From: Anaeromyxobacter sp.
GTDB taxonomy: Bacteria > Myxococcota > Myxococcia > Myxococcales > Anaeromyxobacteraceae
Assembly (NCBI GenBank): GCA_049840735.1
Contig: JASGJN010000020.1
Coordinates: 768,001-832,000 of the forward strand
Direction of reading: 5' to 3'
Length of the DNA: 64,000 bases
This document shows, piece by piece, positions 23,625-33,361 of this stretch. Every line of letters starts with the position of its first letter. Positions within the stretch are counted from its first letter, which is position 1. The position numbers and the translations under genes were made by a program. The notes under the pieces were generated by a model. The model worked only from the letters and a program-made list of their open reading frames with translations. It was not told the DNA's origin and ran no database searches.

Positions 23625-23662
23625 TTCACCCATCGTGGTAACGCGGGATGCCCACCCCGGTG
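23625..23662 (+). promoter_or_regulatory. Putative ECF sigma promoter (copy 2)
   Basis: TTCAC-N5-GTGGTAACGC-N12-CCGGTG, as at 17939-17976. Confidence 0.6.
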
Positions 23663-23711
23663 TTTCCACTCTGGACGGGCCGCTCCGGCCCGAGGAGAGG
23701 ACCCCGAAGCC

Positions 23712-24695
23712 ATGAGCCCCCGCACCTTGCTCGCCGCCCTGTCCACCCTGGCCGCCCTGCCCGCCCTGGGCCAGGAGGCCGCACCCGCCGCGGCGCCGCC
23801 GCGGCGCCACGTCACGGTGGACGTCTCGCTGGTCCCGGGCCTGAGCATCAACGGCGAGGGACCGGTGCTGAACAACCTCTCCCTCGGCCTGGTGGCCCAC
23901 TCCACCGAGCTGCGCGGCGTGGCCCTCGCCGCGGCCCACCTGGCCGACGGCGACGTGACCGGGCTCCAGTGGACCTGGGCGGCCTCCAGCGCCGGCGGCA
24001 CCGTCCGCGGCGTCCAGCTGGCCAGCTTCGCCAACGTGGCCGGCGACCTGCGCGGCCTGCAGTGGGGCGGCGTCAACGTGACACGCCGCGGCGTCGAGGG
24101 CGTGCAGCTGGCGGTGGTCAACGTGGGCGGCGAGGTGGCGGGCTCCCAGATCGGGCTCGTCAACGTGGCGCGCAAGGTCCACGGGCTGCAGCTCGGTGTG
24201 GTCAACGTGGCCCGCGAGGCGGACGGCTCGGTCGGTGCGCTGGCGCTGGTGGGCGACGGCCGGCACCAGGCCGAGTTGTTCGCGACCGAGTTGACCCCGC
24301 TCGCGGCCGGGGTGCGGCTGGGTGGCCGCCGCGCCTACGGCGTGCTCACCGGCGGCGTGCAGCCGGAGCAGCGCCCCTCCGGCCGCACGCTCTGGACCAC
24401 CGGTGGCGGCGGCGGCGTGGGCTTCCAGCCCACGGCGCGGCTCTCGCTCGACCTGGACCTGACCGGCCAGTGCCTCTGGCTCGACGACACCGCCGAGGGC
24501 GTGGTGGGAAGCCTCCGCGCCACCGCCGGGTGGCGCTTCACGCCCTGGCTGGCCGCCTTCGCCGGGCCGACCGCGAACGTGGTGATCTCCGACGAGGCGC
24601 AGCCCGACGTGGACCTGGGGACGCAGTTCGGTGAGGGGACGGGCAGGTACCAGCGGTACTGGTTCGGCTTCGTCGCGGGCCTGCGCGTCTTTTGA
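23712..24695 (+). CDS. Exported G-x-Q-x-G-x-x-N repeat (LA_2272-like) surface protein with barrel-like C-terminus
   Basis: Signal peptide, repeated GVQL/GLQ..VNV units, terminal GLRVF. Confidence 0.65.
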   Translation: MSPRTLLAALSTLAALPALGQEAAPAAAPPRRHVTVDVSLVPGLSINGEGPVLNNLSLGLVAHSTELRGVALAAAHLADGDVTGLQWTWAASSAGGTVRGVQLASFANVAGDLRGLQWGGVNVTRRGVEGVQLAVVNVGGEVAGSQIGLVNVARKVHGLQLGVVNVAREADGSVGALALVGDGRHQAELFATELTPLAAGVRLGGRRAYGVLTGGVQPEQRPSGRTLWTTGGGGGVGFQPTARLSLDLDLTGQCLWLDDTAEGVVGSLRATAGWRFTPWLAAFAGPTANVVISDEAQPDVDLGTQFGEGTGRYQRYWFGFVAGLRVF

Positions 24696-24810
24696 CCGCG
24701 CCGCCCATTCGCGTCGAGCCTCCGCTCGACCGGTGGCCGCCATGAGCACTGGCGGGATGGCGTGAGGAAGCGGTAGAACGGGCCCGTCCAGCGGGCCAGA
24801 GGAGGGCGAG

Positions 24811-25320
24811 GTGGCGGTCGACGTCGAGGCGTACTACCGGGACCTGGGTCCCATGGTGCTTCGCCGCTGCCGCCGCCTCCTCCGCGACGAGGAGAAGGCC
24901 GTGGACGCCATGCACGACACCTTCGTGAACCTGCTGCGCGCTGGGGACCGGCTGTCCCACCAGGCCCCGGCGTCGCTGCTCCTGCGCATCGCCACCCACG
25001 TCTGCCTCAACCGGCTGCGCTCCGAGCGACGCCACCCCGAGGATCGCGACGAGGAGGCGCTGCTCGCCATCGCGGCGGCCGAGGAGCCCGAGGCGCAGTC
25101 CCTGTCGCGCTTCGTGCTCCGGGACATCCTCGGCCGCGAGCCGGAGTCGACGCGGGTCATGGCCGTGCTCCATCACGTGGACGGCCTCACGCTCGAGGAG
25201 GTCGGGCGGGAGGTGGGGCTCTCGGCGGCGGCCGTGCGCAAGCGGCTCCGGGGCCTCAAGGCACGGGTGGCGGCGCTGGCGGCGTTGCCCGAGTCCCCTC
25301 CCGGCGCGGAGGTCGCATGA
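24811..25320 (+). CDS. ECF sigma-70 factor
   Basis: Region 2 (AVDAMHDTF...LLRIATHVCLN) and region 4 (DGLTLEEVGREVGLSAAAVRKRL). Confidence 0.88.
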   Translation: MAVDVEAYYRDLGPMVLRRCRRLLRDEEKAVDAMHDTFVNLLRAGDRLSHQAPASLLLRIATHVCLNRLRSERRHPEDRDEEALLAIAAAEEPEAQSLSRFVLRDILGREPESTRVMAVLHHVDGLTLEEVGREVGLSAAAVRKRLRGLKARVAALAALPESPPGAEVA

Positions 25321-26114
25321 GCCCGCGCCGGCCCCCCACGCCCGACGTCCTGGTCGAGCGGCTCCACGCTGGCGACCTCTCCCCCGCGGAGGCGGTGCGC
25401 GTCCGCGCACGCCTCGAGGCCGAGGGCGGCCTGGACCGGCTGGCGGCGTTGGACCGCGACGCGGCCACCTTCCGCGAGGCCCACCCGCCCGGCCCGGGGC
25501 TGGCCGAGATCCGCCGCCGGGCCGGCCTGCGGACCGGCGCTGCGCCGCGCCCGCGGCGCCGCTGGGCCATCCCTGCCTTCACCCTGGCCGCGGCGGCGGC
25601 CGCCGCCGCGCTGCTCGCGGTGGTCCGCGCGCCGGGGCTGCCCGGGCCGGGCGGCGCCGCCGGCGAGGACACGCGGCTCAAGGGTCCCGGGCCGCACCTT
25701 CAGGTTCACCGGCGCGGGCCTGGCGACGTCCCGCAGCCGCTGCCCGACGGCGCCACGGCCCGGGCCGGCGACGTGCTGCAGCTCTCCTGCGTGGCGGCCG
25801 GTGGCGCGTTCGGCGTCGTGGTCTCGATCGACGGGCGCGGCACCGTCACGCTTCACCTGCCCGACGCCCCCGGGCCGGCTGCGCGGCTCGAGGCGCGCGG
25901 CGCGGTCCCGCTGCCGCACGCCTACGCGCTCGACGACGCGCCGCAGTTCGAGCGCTTCTTCCTCGTCACCTCGAACGCTCCCTTCGACGCCGAGCTGGCC
26001 CTCGCGGCCGCGCGCCGGCTGGCCGCCTCCGGGCGGGCCGACCGCGATCCGCTCCCAGTCCCGGCGCCGCTGGCCCAGCAGGGGTTCCTGCTGGTGAAGG
26101 CCCCGGCCCGATGA
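25317..26114 (+). CDS. Membrane-anchored anti-sigma-like protein (ActD-like/DUF4384-like)
   Basis: Translationally coupled to the sigma gene; N-terminal ERLHAGDL, TM segment, TRLKG, SIDGRG and LDDAPQFERFF motifs. Confidence 0.65.
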   Translation: MSPRRPPTPDVLVERLHAGDLSPAEAVRVRARLEAEGGLDRLAALDRDAATFREAHPPGPGLAEIRRRAGLRTGAAPRPRRRWAIPAFTLAAAAAAAALLAVVRAPGLPGPGGAAGEDTRLKGPGPHLQVHRRGPGDVPQPLPDGATARAGDVLQLSCVAAGGAFGVVVSIDGRGTVTLHLPDAPGPAARLEARGAVPLPHAYALDDAPQFERFFLVTSNAPFDAELALAAARRLAASGRADRDPLPVPAPLAQQGFLLVKAPAR

Positions 26115-28244
26115 TCCCTTCGCGCTCCCTGCGCCTCGCCCTGGCTGCGCTGGCCACCGCCGCCGGGCTCTCGGCTGGCCCCGCGGCCGGGCAGGCCGCG
26201 CCGCTCGCCATCCGCCGCCTCGCCCTGGTGACCGGCGCCAACGACGGCGGCCCGGAGCGCGCGCGGCTGCGCTACGCCATCAGCGACGCCGAGCGGTTCG
26301 CCCGCGTGCTGCAGCAGATGGGCGGCGTGGCCGGCCCGGACCTCATCCTGCTGCTCGACCCGGACGCCGCCGGGCTCCGCGCCGCCATGGCCGACCTGAA
26401 GCGGCGGGTGGGGCGGTCGGCGGCGGAGGCGCGGACGGAGGTCATCCTCTACTACTCCGGCCACTCCGACGAGGACGGGCTCCTGCTCCGGGGCGACCGG
26501 ATCCCCTACCGTGAGCTGCGGGCCTGGCTGGAGGGGACAGGCGCGGGGGTCCGCATCGGAATCCTCGACTCCTGCGCCTCCGGCAACTTCACCCGCGGCA
26601 AGGGCGGGATCCGGACGACGCCCTTCCTGGTGGACGCCTCGACGCAGGTCTCGGGGCAGGTGATCCTCACCTCGTCGTCGGCCGACGAGGCCTCCCAGGA
26701 GTCGGACCGGATCGGCGCCTCCTTCTTCACCCATTACCTCGTCACCGGCCTGCGCGGCGCCGCCGACGCCAGCCGCGACGGCAAGGTCACGCTCTCCGAG
26801 GTCTACCAGTTCGCGTTCCACGAGACGCTGGCCCGCACCGAGCGGACGCGCAGCGGCCCGCAGCACCCGGCCTGGGACATCGCGCTGGTGGGCGCCGGGG
26901 ACGTGGTCATGACGGATCTGCGCGGGACCGGCGCCACCCTGGTGCTGCCGGCGCCGGTGGTGGGCCGCTTCTTCGTGCGCGACGCCGGGGAGCGGCTGGT
27001 GGCCGAGCTGCGCAAGGAGGCGGGCGAGCCGGTTCTCGCTGGCGCTCGATCCCGGCAACTACCGCGTGACGCGCGAGACCGACGGGCTCCTGGTCGAGGC
27101 GCGGCTCTCGCTGGGGAGCGGCGCCACCGAGCTGCCGCGCCAGGGGTTCGAGCCGGTGCCGCGCGAGCGGACGGCCATGCGCGGTGACCAGGTGGAGGAC
27201 CTCGCCCGGATCCCGGTCGATTCTCGAATCTTCCCGCCGGTCTCGCTCAACGGCGACCGGTACGTGGAGAACCGGCTGCAGCTGGGGCTCATCGCCTCCC
27301 GCACCACCCGCCTGCGCGGCCTGGGGCTGGCGCCCGTGCTCTGGGCCGACGAGGACGTGATGGGGGCCCAGCTCGCCTACATCGGCAACTCGGCGCGGGG
27401 GAAGGTGACCGGCGTGCAGGGGGCGACGGTGGCCAACGTCTCCGGCCCGCTCTCCGGCCTGCAGGTGGCCACCGGCCTCAACCTGGCGCGCGGTCCGGTG
27501 TACGGGATGCAGCTGGCCACATTCGCGAGCTGGGCCACCGACCACGTGCACGGCGCCCAGGCGGCGGTGTTCCTCGACTACGCGCACCAGCTGACCGGGG
27601 TCCAGGTGGCCACGGTCTCCATCGCCGAGCAGGTGCAGGGTGGCCAGGTCGGGCTCGTGAACGTGGCGGACGACGCCCAGGGGGCGCAGGTAGGGCTCGT
27701 CAACGTGGCGCTCCGGGCGCGCGGCACGCAGGTGGGGCTGATCAATGTGGCCGGCGAGCTGGACGGCGCGCCGGTGGGGCTGCTCTCGCTGGCCGGCAAC
27801 GGCGAGCAGAAGGTGCTGCTCCTGGGCGACGAGAGCGGGATGCTCGGCGCCGCCGCGCTGCTGGGCAGCCAGACTTTCCACACGCTCCTCGTGGGCAGCG
27901 TCCAGCAGGCCGGTGACGGCCCTCGCACCTGGGCCGGGCTGGGGCTGGGCACACACGCAGCGAGGGGGCGGCTCCTGCTGGACGTCGACCTCGTGGCCCA
28001 GGCGGCGCAGGGCGTCTCGCAAGAGAACGTGCTCGTCACGGCGCGCGCGCTCGTGGGCTGGTCGCTCCGGCCTCCGGGGACGTGGGGGGCGGCGCTGGTG
28101 GCCGGCCCCACCGTGAACGGCTTCTTCGCCGAGGAGGGGTTCGACCCGGGGCTCGGGAGCCCGTTCTCCTGGCGCTTCGGCGGCGGCGACGGGACCGCTC
28201 GCGGCTGGCTCGGTTTCCAGATCGGCCTGCGCGCCGGCCGCTGA
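26111..28244 (+). CDS. Exported caspase-family (peptidase C14) protein with C-terminal GxQxGxxN repeats; apparent frameshift near 27040
   Basis: Signal peptide, LRYAISDAERF, catalytic YYSGH and LDSCASG; ORFs 26111..27187 and 27066..28244 join. Confidence 0.8.
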
Positions 28245-28459
28245 GGTGGGGGCGCGGCGCGTCCCGTCATCGCGCGGCGGTCCCGGCAGTTCCTTCGCGC
28301 GAGTTCGGACGCGCCGGGCTCGGCTCTGCGTAGCTCAATCCCTTGGCCACGGAGCCGTGCAGCTCCAGAGCGCGCGGCGGTGGCGATCGCTCCTCACCAT
28401 CACGCACGATGGCCGGCGTGGACGCGGGAGCGGGGCCATCCCGCGGGGGTGTCACTCCC

Positions 28460-29407
28460 TCACGGGAGCACCCGCACGATCACCGCAGGCGAGGCGACCC
28501 GCAGGTCGCCGCTCTCGAAGTCGAGATCCACGTTGCCGTCTGCGTTCGCGTAGCTCACGCCGAGCACGACGTCGAGGACGGCCACGCCCTGGGGCGGGAC
28601 GAGGAACGTCTCGTAGCGGAGGTCGAAGCCGCGGAACACCGCGTCGCTGGAGACCGCGCCCACGTCCATGATGGCCCAGGGCGTCTCGAGCCGGCGGGAG
28701 AAGGCAGGCAGGGACTGGTTCGGCTCGGGCATGGGGACCGTGGGCGGCTGGTTCCACCACTCCCAGAGCTGGAGCCGCGCCGTGAGGTTCACCTGGCTGC
28801 TGGCCTCGCCACCCCAGCCGCCGTCCGCGCCCATCTGCACGACCCCGTTCAGCACCAGGAATCCGTCCACCTGGACGACCCGGAACCGATCGTCGAGGTT
28901 CTGCCACAGATACGAGAAGACGACGTCGCCGGCGCCGCTCCCGCTGGACGTCTCGCGGAACTTGACCCAGGTGTCCAGGGGAGCGTCGTGGCGGCCGGAG
29001 AGCCGGAGGTCGCGGGTGGCCACGACCTCGAACGGCGCCTGCAGCAGGTGGCTCTCGGCCACGCCGGGGGCCTGCTCGAGTTGGTGAGCCCGATCGACCG
29101 CCGCCGCGCGCGCGGCGGACGTCGCGGGTCCGGCACCCTCCAGCGCCTCCACCCGGAACCGCTCGGCGTCGCGGCGCGCGCGGGCCTGGTGCTGCTCGCG
29201 CAGCTTCTCCACGGGGGTGAGGTCGTACCCGGACTGGGCGAGGTGCGCGGCGAGAAGCTGGCCCGCCGACCGCTGGGCGGCCCGCGACGCCACCTCGCCC
29301 GGCGCCGGGATGGCCGGATCGTCGCGCAGGGCGGCCCGGCTCCTGACGGCGGCCATGATGGCCTTCACCTGGGACGTCTCGGGCAAGCGCTTCGGCACGG
29401 CCTCCAT
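28460..29407 (-). CDS. Hypothetical protein
   Basis: Protein-like composition from MEAVPKRLPE to VIVRVLP; GGAGG RBS. Confidence 0.6.
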   Translation of the reverse strand: MEAVPKRLPETSQVKAIMAAVRSRAALRDDPAIPAPGEVASRAAQRSAGQLLAAHLAQSGYDLTPVEKLREQHQARARRDAERFRVEALEGAGPATSAARAAAVDRAHQLEQAPGVAESHLLQAPFEVVATRDLRLSGRHDAPLDTWVKFRETSSGSGAGDVVFSYLWQNLDDRFRVVQVDGFLVLNGVVQMGADGGWGGEASSQVNLTARLQLWEWWNQPPTVPMPEPNQSLPAFSRRLETPWAIMDVGAVSSDAVFRGFDLRYETFLVPPQGVAVLDVVLGVSYANADGNVDLDFESGDLRVASPAVIVRVLP

Positions 29408-29599
29408 CTCGTCCTCCCGGGCCCTCACCGGATGGTGCGGGACGCTCGTACGATCCACCACGGGTGCGGGCGGCGGCACCTCCCGCGATGAAGTCACCCG
29501 TGAGCAGGGGAGAGCGCCTCTCCAACCTGGGCTACGCCGGCGAGCGCTCGGGACCTGGCCGATCGCTTGCGCGCTCCGCCCGCTGGAGGGGATGAGCGA

Positions 29600-30018
29600 C
29601 GCTCTCCGCTCGCAGTTCCGCGCCGTCACGGCGCGGATCCGCACGCCTCCCGGGAGCTCCCGCTCTTCCGACTGCGGTCGCGCCTGACGATACCAGCGGT
29701 TCGCGAACCCGAGCACGCGCTCGATGGCCGGCATGACGTCGATGACGAGATCCTGGAACAGCCAGCGACACACGGGCGCGCCTTCGCGCTGGTCCTCCCG
29801 CGAAAGCCCAGCCTCCGAAGCCGATCTCCCAGCTGCGCCCAGGCCGCGTAGGTCGTGACCTCCACGACCACGTCGACATCCTGCGTGAAGCGGGGTCGCG
29901 GTGCCGCCGGATCCGTGACGAAGAGGTCGACGACCGCGCCCCCCACGAAGATCACCTCGTCCTTGAGATCGCCGAGCGCCACGACCGCCCGCGCCAGCAT
30001 GTCGAGGTTTGGCGTCAT
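29600..30018 (-). pseudogene. Nucleotidyltransferase (AbiEii/AbiGii-like toxin), frameshifted and 3'-truncated
   Basis: VIFVGGAVV...RFTQDVDVV NTase motif; continues in another frame (IDVMP...LGFANRWY) and breaks off after IRAVTA. Confidence 0.65.
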
Positions 30019-30563
30019 CGCTTGCTCCTCGAGAGCATCCGCTGGAGGAGGTCGCCTGCGACCTGCCGCTCCCGCGCTGAGCCACCGCGGATCGCGTCGA
30101 CGAGGGCGGCCGCGTCGTACATCGGCGCGTCGGCGAGGATCGCCCTGATGGTGGCCTGCGACGAGTAGAGCGGCGAGAACGACTCCCCCCGCGCCGTTCC
30201 CTCCGGGTCCGGCCAGACGGGCACCGAGCCGTCGCCGTGCGCGATGAGGTTTCGCAGCACAGGCGCAGCGTATCCGGTCGGATGGCCTCGCGTGAGCTGA
30301 CCTCGGACGACGGGGAACGCGTACTTCACGCCGTGGATCAGGAACTCCAGCAGGTTCTGCACCTGCACGCCGATGCCCTTGGGTCCGCTGGCGACCGCGA
30401 GCCTGGACAGGAGGCCGCGCTGCACCGCTGCGTGGACCTCGGACACACTCAACCCCAGCGCCGCCGCGACTTGGGGATACGACCAGGCGGCGTCCCTTCG
30501 GAGCGCGAGGTTGATCAGGACCAGGACGTCCTGAGGCTTGAGCTGGGGCGCCTTCCCTGGCAC
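30015..30563 (-). CDS. HTH protein, probable antitoxin partner of the NTase (type IV TA-like)
   Basis: LKPQD, HTH-like WSYPQVAAALGLSVSEVH, LLEFLIHGVKYAFP; coupled to the NTase gene. Confidence 0.65.
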   Translation of the reverse strand: MPGKAPQLKPQDVLVLINLALRRDAAWSYPQVAAALGLSVSEVHAAVQRGLLSRLAVASGPKGIGVQVQNLLEFLIHGVKYAFPVVRGQLTRGHPTGYAAPVLRNLIAHGDGSVPVWPDPEGTARGESFSPLYSSQATIRAILADAPMYDAAALVDAIRGGSARERQVAGDLLQRMLSRSKR

Positions 30564-30569
30564 ACGCTT

Positions 30570-30598
30570 ATGCTATTCGCGATTCGCGAATACCGCAA
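30570..30598 (-). promoter_or_regulatory. Sigma-70 promoter with a palindromic operator in the spacer; leaderless transcript likely
   Basis: Minus strand TTGCGG-17nt-TAGCAT; perfect IR TATTCGCGA-T-TCGCGAATA (30574-30592); GTG start 6 nt downstream. Confidence 0.6.
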
Positions 30599-30610
30599 GC
30601 TTCGCCCCAG

Positions 30611-30792
30611 GGCCCCGCTCGCCGGCCCCGCTCGCCGGCCCCGCTCGCCGGCCCCGCTCGCCGGCCCCGCTCGCCGGCCCCGCTCGCCGGCCCCGCTCGC
30701 CGGCCCCGCTCGCCGGCCCCGCTCGCCGGCCCCGCTCGCCGGCCCCGCTCGCCGGCCCCGCTCGCCGGCCCCGCTCGCCGCAACCGCTCGCC
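30611..30792. repeat. Tandem repeat: 13 perfect copies of GGCCCCGCTCGCC plus one degenerate copy
   Basis: Direct reading: 30611-30779 = 13 x 13 bp, then GCAACCGCTCGCC. Confidence 0.95.
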
Positions 30793-30917
30793 GCGTGGCG
30801 AAGCCAGCCTTCTTGGATCTTCGCCGACATCGCTGGCCCGGCCAGGCTCCGCAGTCCGTTCCCCTCTCCCCAGAAATCAGAAACCCCGACCGCTTTTCGG
30901 CGATCGGGGCTCTGGGC

Positions 30918-30930
30918 TGGTTGCGGGGGC
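30918..30930. repeat. att core copy 1 (tRNA-Met 3' end duplication)
   Basis: TGGTTGCGGGGGC identical to 58441-58453; preceded by a hairpin at 30884-30909. Confidence 0.85.
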
Positions 30931-30974
30931 TCACTGGTGAGCTTGCTGCTCGGGTCGAGTTCTCGACGTGAGTG

Positions 30975-31277
30975 CTACCCCTTCGCCGCGGACCCGTGGA
31001 GCTCCAGGCCGAGCGCCCGGATGACCCGCATCACCGTGCCGAACTCCGGGTTCCCATCGGGAGAGAGCGCCTTGTAGAGCCCTTCGCGCGTGAGCCCCGT
31101 CTTGCGGGCGAGGCCCGCCATGCCACGCGCGCGCGCGATGTTGCCGAGCGCCGCCGTGATGAAGGCTGGATCCTCGCGCCCCTCCTCCAGGCAGGCCTCC
31201 CAGTACCGGGCGACGTCCGCGTCGGTCTTGAGGTGCGCCGCCGAGTCCCACTTCTTGAGCTTGAACTTGCCTGCCAT
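30975..31277 (-). CDS. Addiction-module antidote protein (HigA-like HTH)
   Basis: WDSAAHLKT, ALGNIARARGM..LARKTGLTREGLYKALS..GNP.F.TV. Confidence 0.88.
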   Translation of the reverse strand: MAGKFKLKKWDSAAHLKTDADVARYWEACLEEGREDPAFITAALGNIARARGMAGLARKTGLTREGLYKALSPDGNPEFGTVMRVIRALGLELHGSAAKG

Positions 31278-31286
31278 TCCCGACTC

Positions 31287-31445
31287 CTAGACCTGCTTCG
31301 CGAGCGCCTTGGCCGCCTCGATGTCCTTCGCCTGCGAGCCCTTGTCACCCCCGGCCAGCAGGATGACCAGCTCGCGCCCTCGCTGGACGAAGTAGATGCG
31401 ATGGCCCGGCCCGTAGTCGAGCCGCATCTCCGAGACGCCACCGCA
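31287..31445 (-). pseudogene. Addiction-module killer (RelE/HigB-like) toxin, N-terminally truncated
   Basis: [18 protein letters not shown]...[14 protein letters not shown]; the expected N-terminal half is missing. Confidence 0.75.
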
Positions 31446-31502
31446 CGTCCTTGGTGATCGCTGGGCCCTGGAGGTACCACGCGCCAGTCGCTTGCTCGAA
31501 CG

Positions 31503-31565
31503 GGCGACGAACTCAAAGGTCACCGTTCCGGGAGTCCCGATCAGTGAATCGCCCCGGGAGGGAGG
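31503..31565. repeat. Intergenic ~65-bp repeat family 2, copy 1
   Basis: GGCGACGAACTCAAAGGTCACCGT..GAGTCCCGATCAGTGAATCGCC aligns with 33276-33342 and 34662-34727. Confidence 0.65.
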
Positions 31566-31614
31566 AACAGTAGCGTTGCCTTCCGAAAGGCGTGCAGTGC
31601 GGAGCAGCCTATTG

Positions 31615-32298
31615 TCAGTATCGCGAACGCAAGCAGATCTCGTACTCGAGTTGCAGTTCTTGTCCCTGGCGTTCTACGTCCACCGTGATCGTCGATGCCG
31701 TCCTGACCCGCTGGTAGACGTCCAGGGCGTCCTCGGGCGTGCGCACCACCATCCCATTCACGCGTCTGACAATGTCGCCGCTCTCAAGCCCTAGCGCGGC
31801 ATAGGTGTAGCCGGGTACCACGAACACCTTGAAGCCCCGCGGCTCTCCGCCCACGAATGCGGGGACGATGCGCAGGCCGTACGATCTACAGCCACCAGAG
31901 GCCGTTGGCGGATCTGCCGTCCAGGCGGCGACGCGGTAGTGGCGGGCTCCCACTCTCTCGACACAGAACTCCTCCATGCCGGGAAGCGGCTGGCAGGAGA
32001 GCGCGCACGTCTTCCGCGACTCGGGAACTGGTGGGTCGCCCACGAAGAGTACGCTAAGGCGAGTCGGATCGAGGGGCGCCCGGACAGCTGGCGGTTGGTC
32101 CTCCGCCGTGAGCACCACTTCCGGACGCCAGAGGAGTGCCATGCTGGCAGCGAAGAACGAGGACACGACGCTCGCGAGACACCACGCCACGCCTCCCAGC
32201 CCGGCCAGGTTTGCCAGGACGTCGACGGCGGTGGTCCTCGGCGGAACCGGCATGCCTTCTGGGCCCAGCAACAAGCATGCCCCTCGCGCCTTGACCAC
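31615..32298 (-). CDS. GspC-like membrane protein with C-terminal PDZ domain
   Basis: TM segment, then RIVPAF..GFKVF...[14 protein letters not shown]...DVERQGQ. Confidence 0.65.
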   Translation of the reverse strand: MVKARGACLLLGPEGMPVPPRTTAVDVLANLAGLGGVAWCLASVVSSFFAASMALLWRPEVVLTAEDQPPAVRAPLDPTRLSVLFVGDPPVPESRKTCALSCQPLPGMEEFCVERVGARHYRVAAWTADPPTASGGCRSYGLRIVPAFVGGEPRGFKVFVVPGYTYAALGLESGDIVRRVNGMVVRTPEDALDVYQRVRTASTITVDVERQGQELQLEYEICLRSRY

Positions 32299-32472
32299 AT
32301 CCTCCCGACAGGACGGGAGTTCCGGGAATGTCCTGCGGCGCCATCTTCATCGGCTCGTGACAGGATGGCATTGCCCTCCCGTTGTCGTTCGCGGTCCCTG
32401 TCAACTTGGCACGCCCCCTGCCCCGTCACTGGTGTAGCCGTTCTCGCGGCCAAGGAGGTTGGGACGCCCTCT

Positions 32473-32620
32473 ACCTGACGGTGAACCCGGCACCGGCCGC
32501 CCCTACGCCCGACATCCAGGGCGCCGTGGAGCGGGCCGCGGCCGGGCTGGACGGCCTCCGGGGCCACGACGTCCGGCGCTCCTTCGTCACCCTGGCGCGG
32601 CGCAGCGGTCGAGCCTGCCG
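32473..32620 (+). pseudogene. Tyrosine recombinase fragment (box II)
   Basis: Translates to AGLDGLRGHDVRRSFVTLARRSG (H-x-x-R motif); no start or rest of gene. Confidence 0.55.
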
Positions 32621-32687
32621 AGCGTACGCTTCTGAACCTTCGGGCAGGGCATCCCTCCAGCGTGGAGGGGGACACGCCGGCAGACGC

Positions 32688-33192
32688 TCACTTCATCTCT
32701 TGGCCCTTCTCTGCAACGAAGTCCGCTACCCACCTTGCCATCGCCCGCACGTCGATGGCGCGGCCATCCTCGACGCGCTTCGAGAATCATGGTGAGCGCG
32801 TTGAGGTGGAGGCTCGTTTCGCGGAACCGCAGCGTGGGGTCGGCACCGTACTTGTCGGTCACCTCCCACCAGCTCAGCCCGTCGACCGACGCCGCCAGGG
32901 CATCCCCGAACACGATCCCGAGCGACTGAAGCTCCCACGTCGCGCTCGCCGGGATGACCTTGGCATCCACGATCTTCTGGAGCAAGTCGAAGTCCCGGGG
33001 GGTGCGCGTGATCCGTTCGCCAGGGAATTGTTCGGCGACGACGCGCGCAACGAAGGAGCGCTGCGTGTCCATGCTGGCGATCAGCTCGGGAGGCAGCGTA
33101 CGGAAAGTCGTGTCCACCGAAGAAGCCCCCTTGGCTTTACCGAAGGAAATGCCCATCGCAATGCACGCCAGCAACGCGAGCCGAGAAGTCAT
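32688..33192 (-). CDS. DUF3806-like protein (apparent frameshift near 32785)
   Basis: LQSLGIVFGDAL...WWEVTDKYG.DPTL...LTMI, continuing SKRVEDG in another frame. Confidence 0.6.
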
Positions 33193-33275
33193 TCCGAACC
33201 CCTCAGACAACATAGCGCGGGTCTGGTCGGTCCGGGGTAGCACTGAGTCTTGCCGGCGCCTTCGCCTGCGTTCCG

Positions 33276-33342
33276 GGCGACGAGCCCGAAGGTCCACCGT
33301 CCAAAAGTCCCGTTCAGCGATCCGCCCGGTGGAGCAGGAAGG
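33276..33342. repeat. Intergenic repeat family 2, copy 2
   Basis: About 10 differences over 67 nt versus 34662-34727 (hand alignment). Confidence 0.8.
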
Positions 33343-33361
33343 GGCTCATCGCGCACCGCCG

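Noticed and set aside
5081..24749. Very long antisense or alternate-frame ORFs (e.g. 5081..10783 -, 19860..24749 -, and also 60353..62410 +)
   Set aside because: Shadow ORFs caused by high GC and stop-codon scarcity; Arg/Gly/Pro-rich with no motifs, overlapping well-supported genes.
28245..28260. GGTGGGGGCGCG as a degenerate fifth att core
   Set aside because: Too short and divergent for GC-rich DNA, and it lacks the conserved arm and hairpin.
30611..30792. CRISPR array or repeat protein
   Set aside because: Head-to-tail 13-mers without spacers and no cas genes; the overlapping ORFs are just translations of the repeat.
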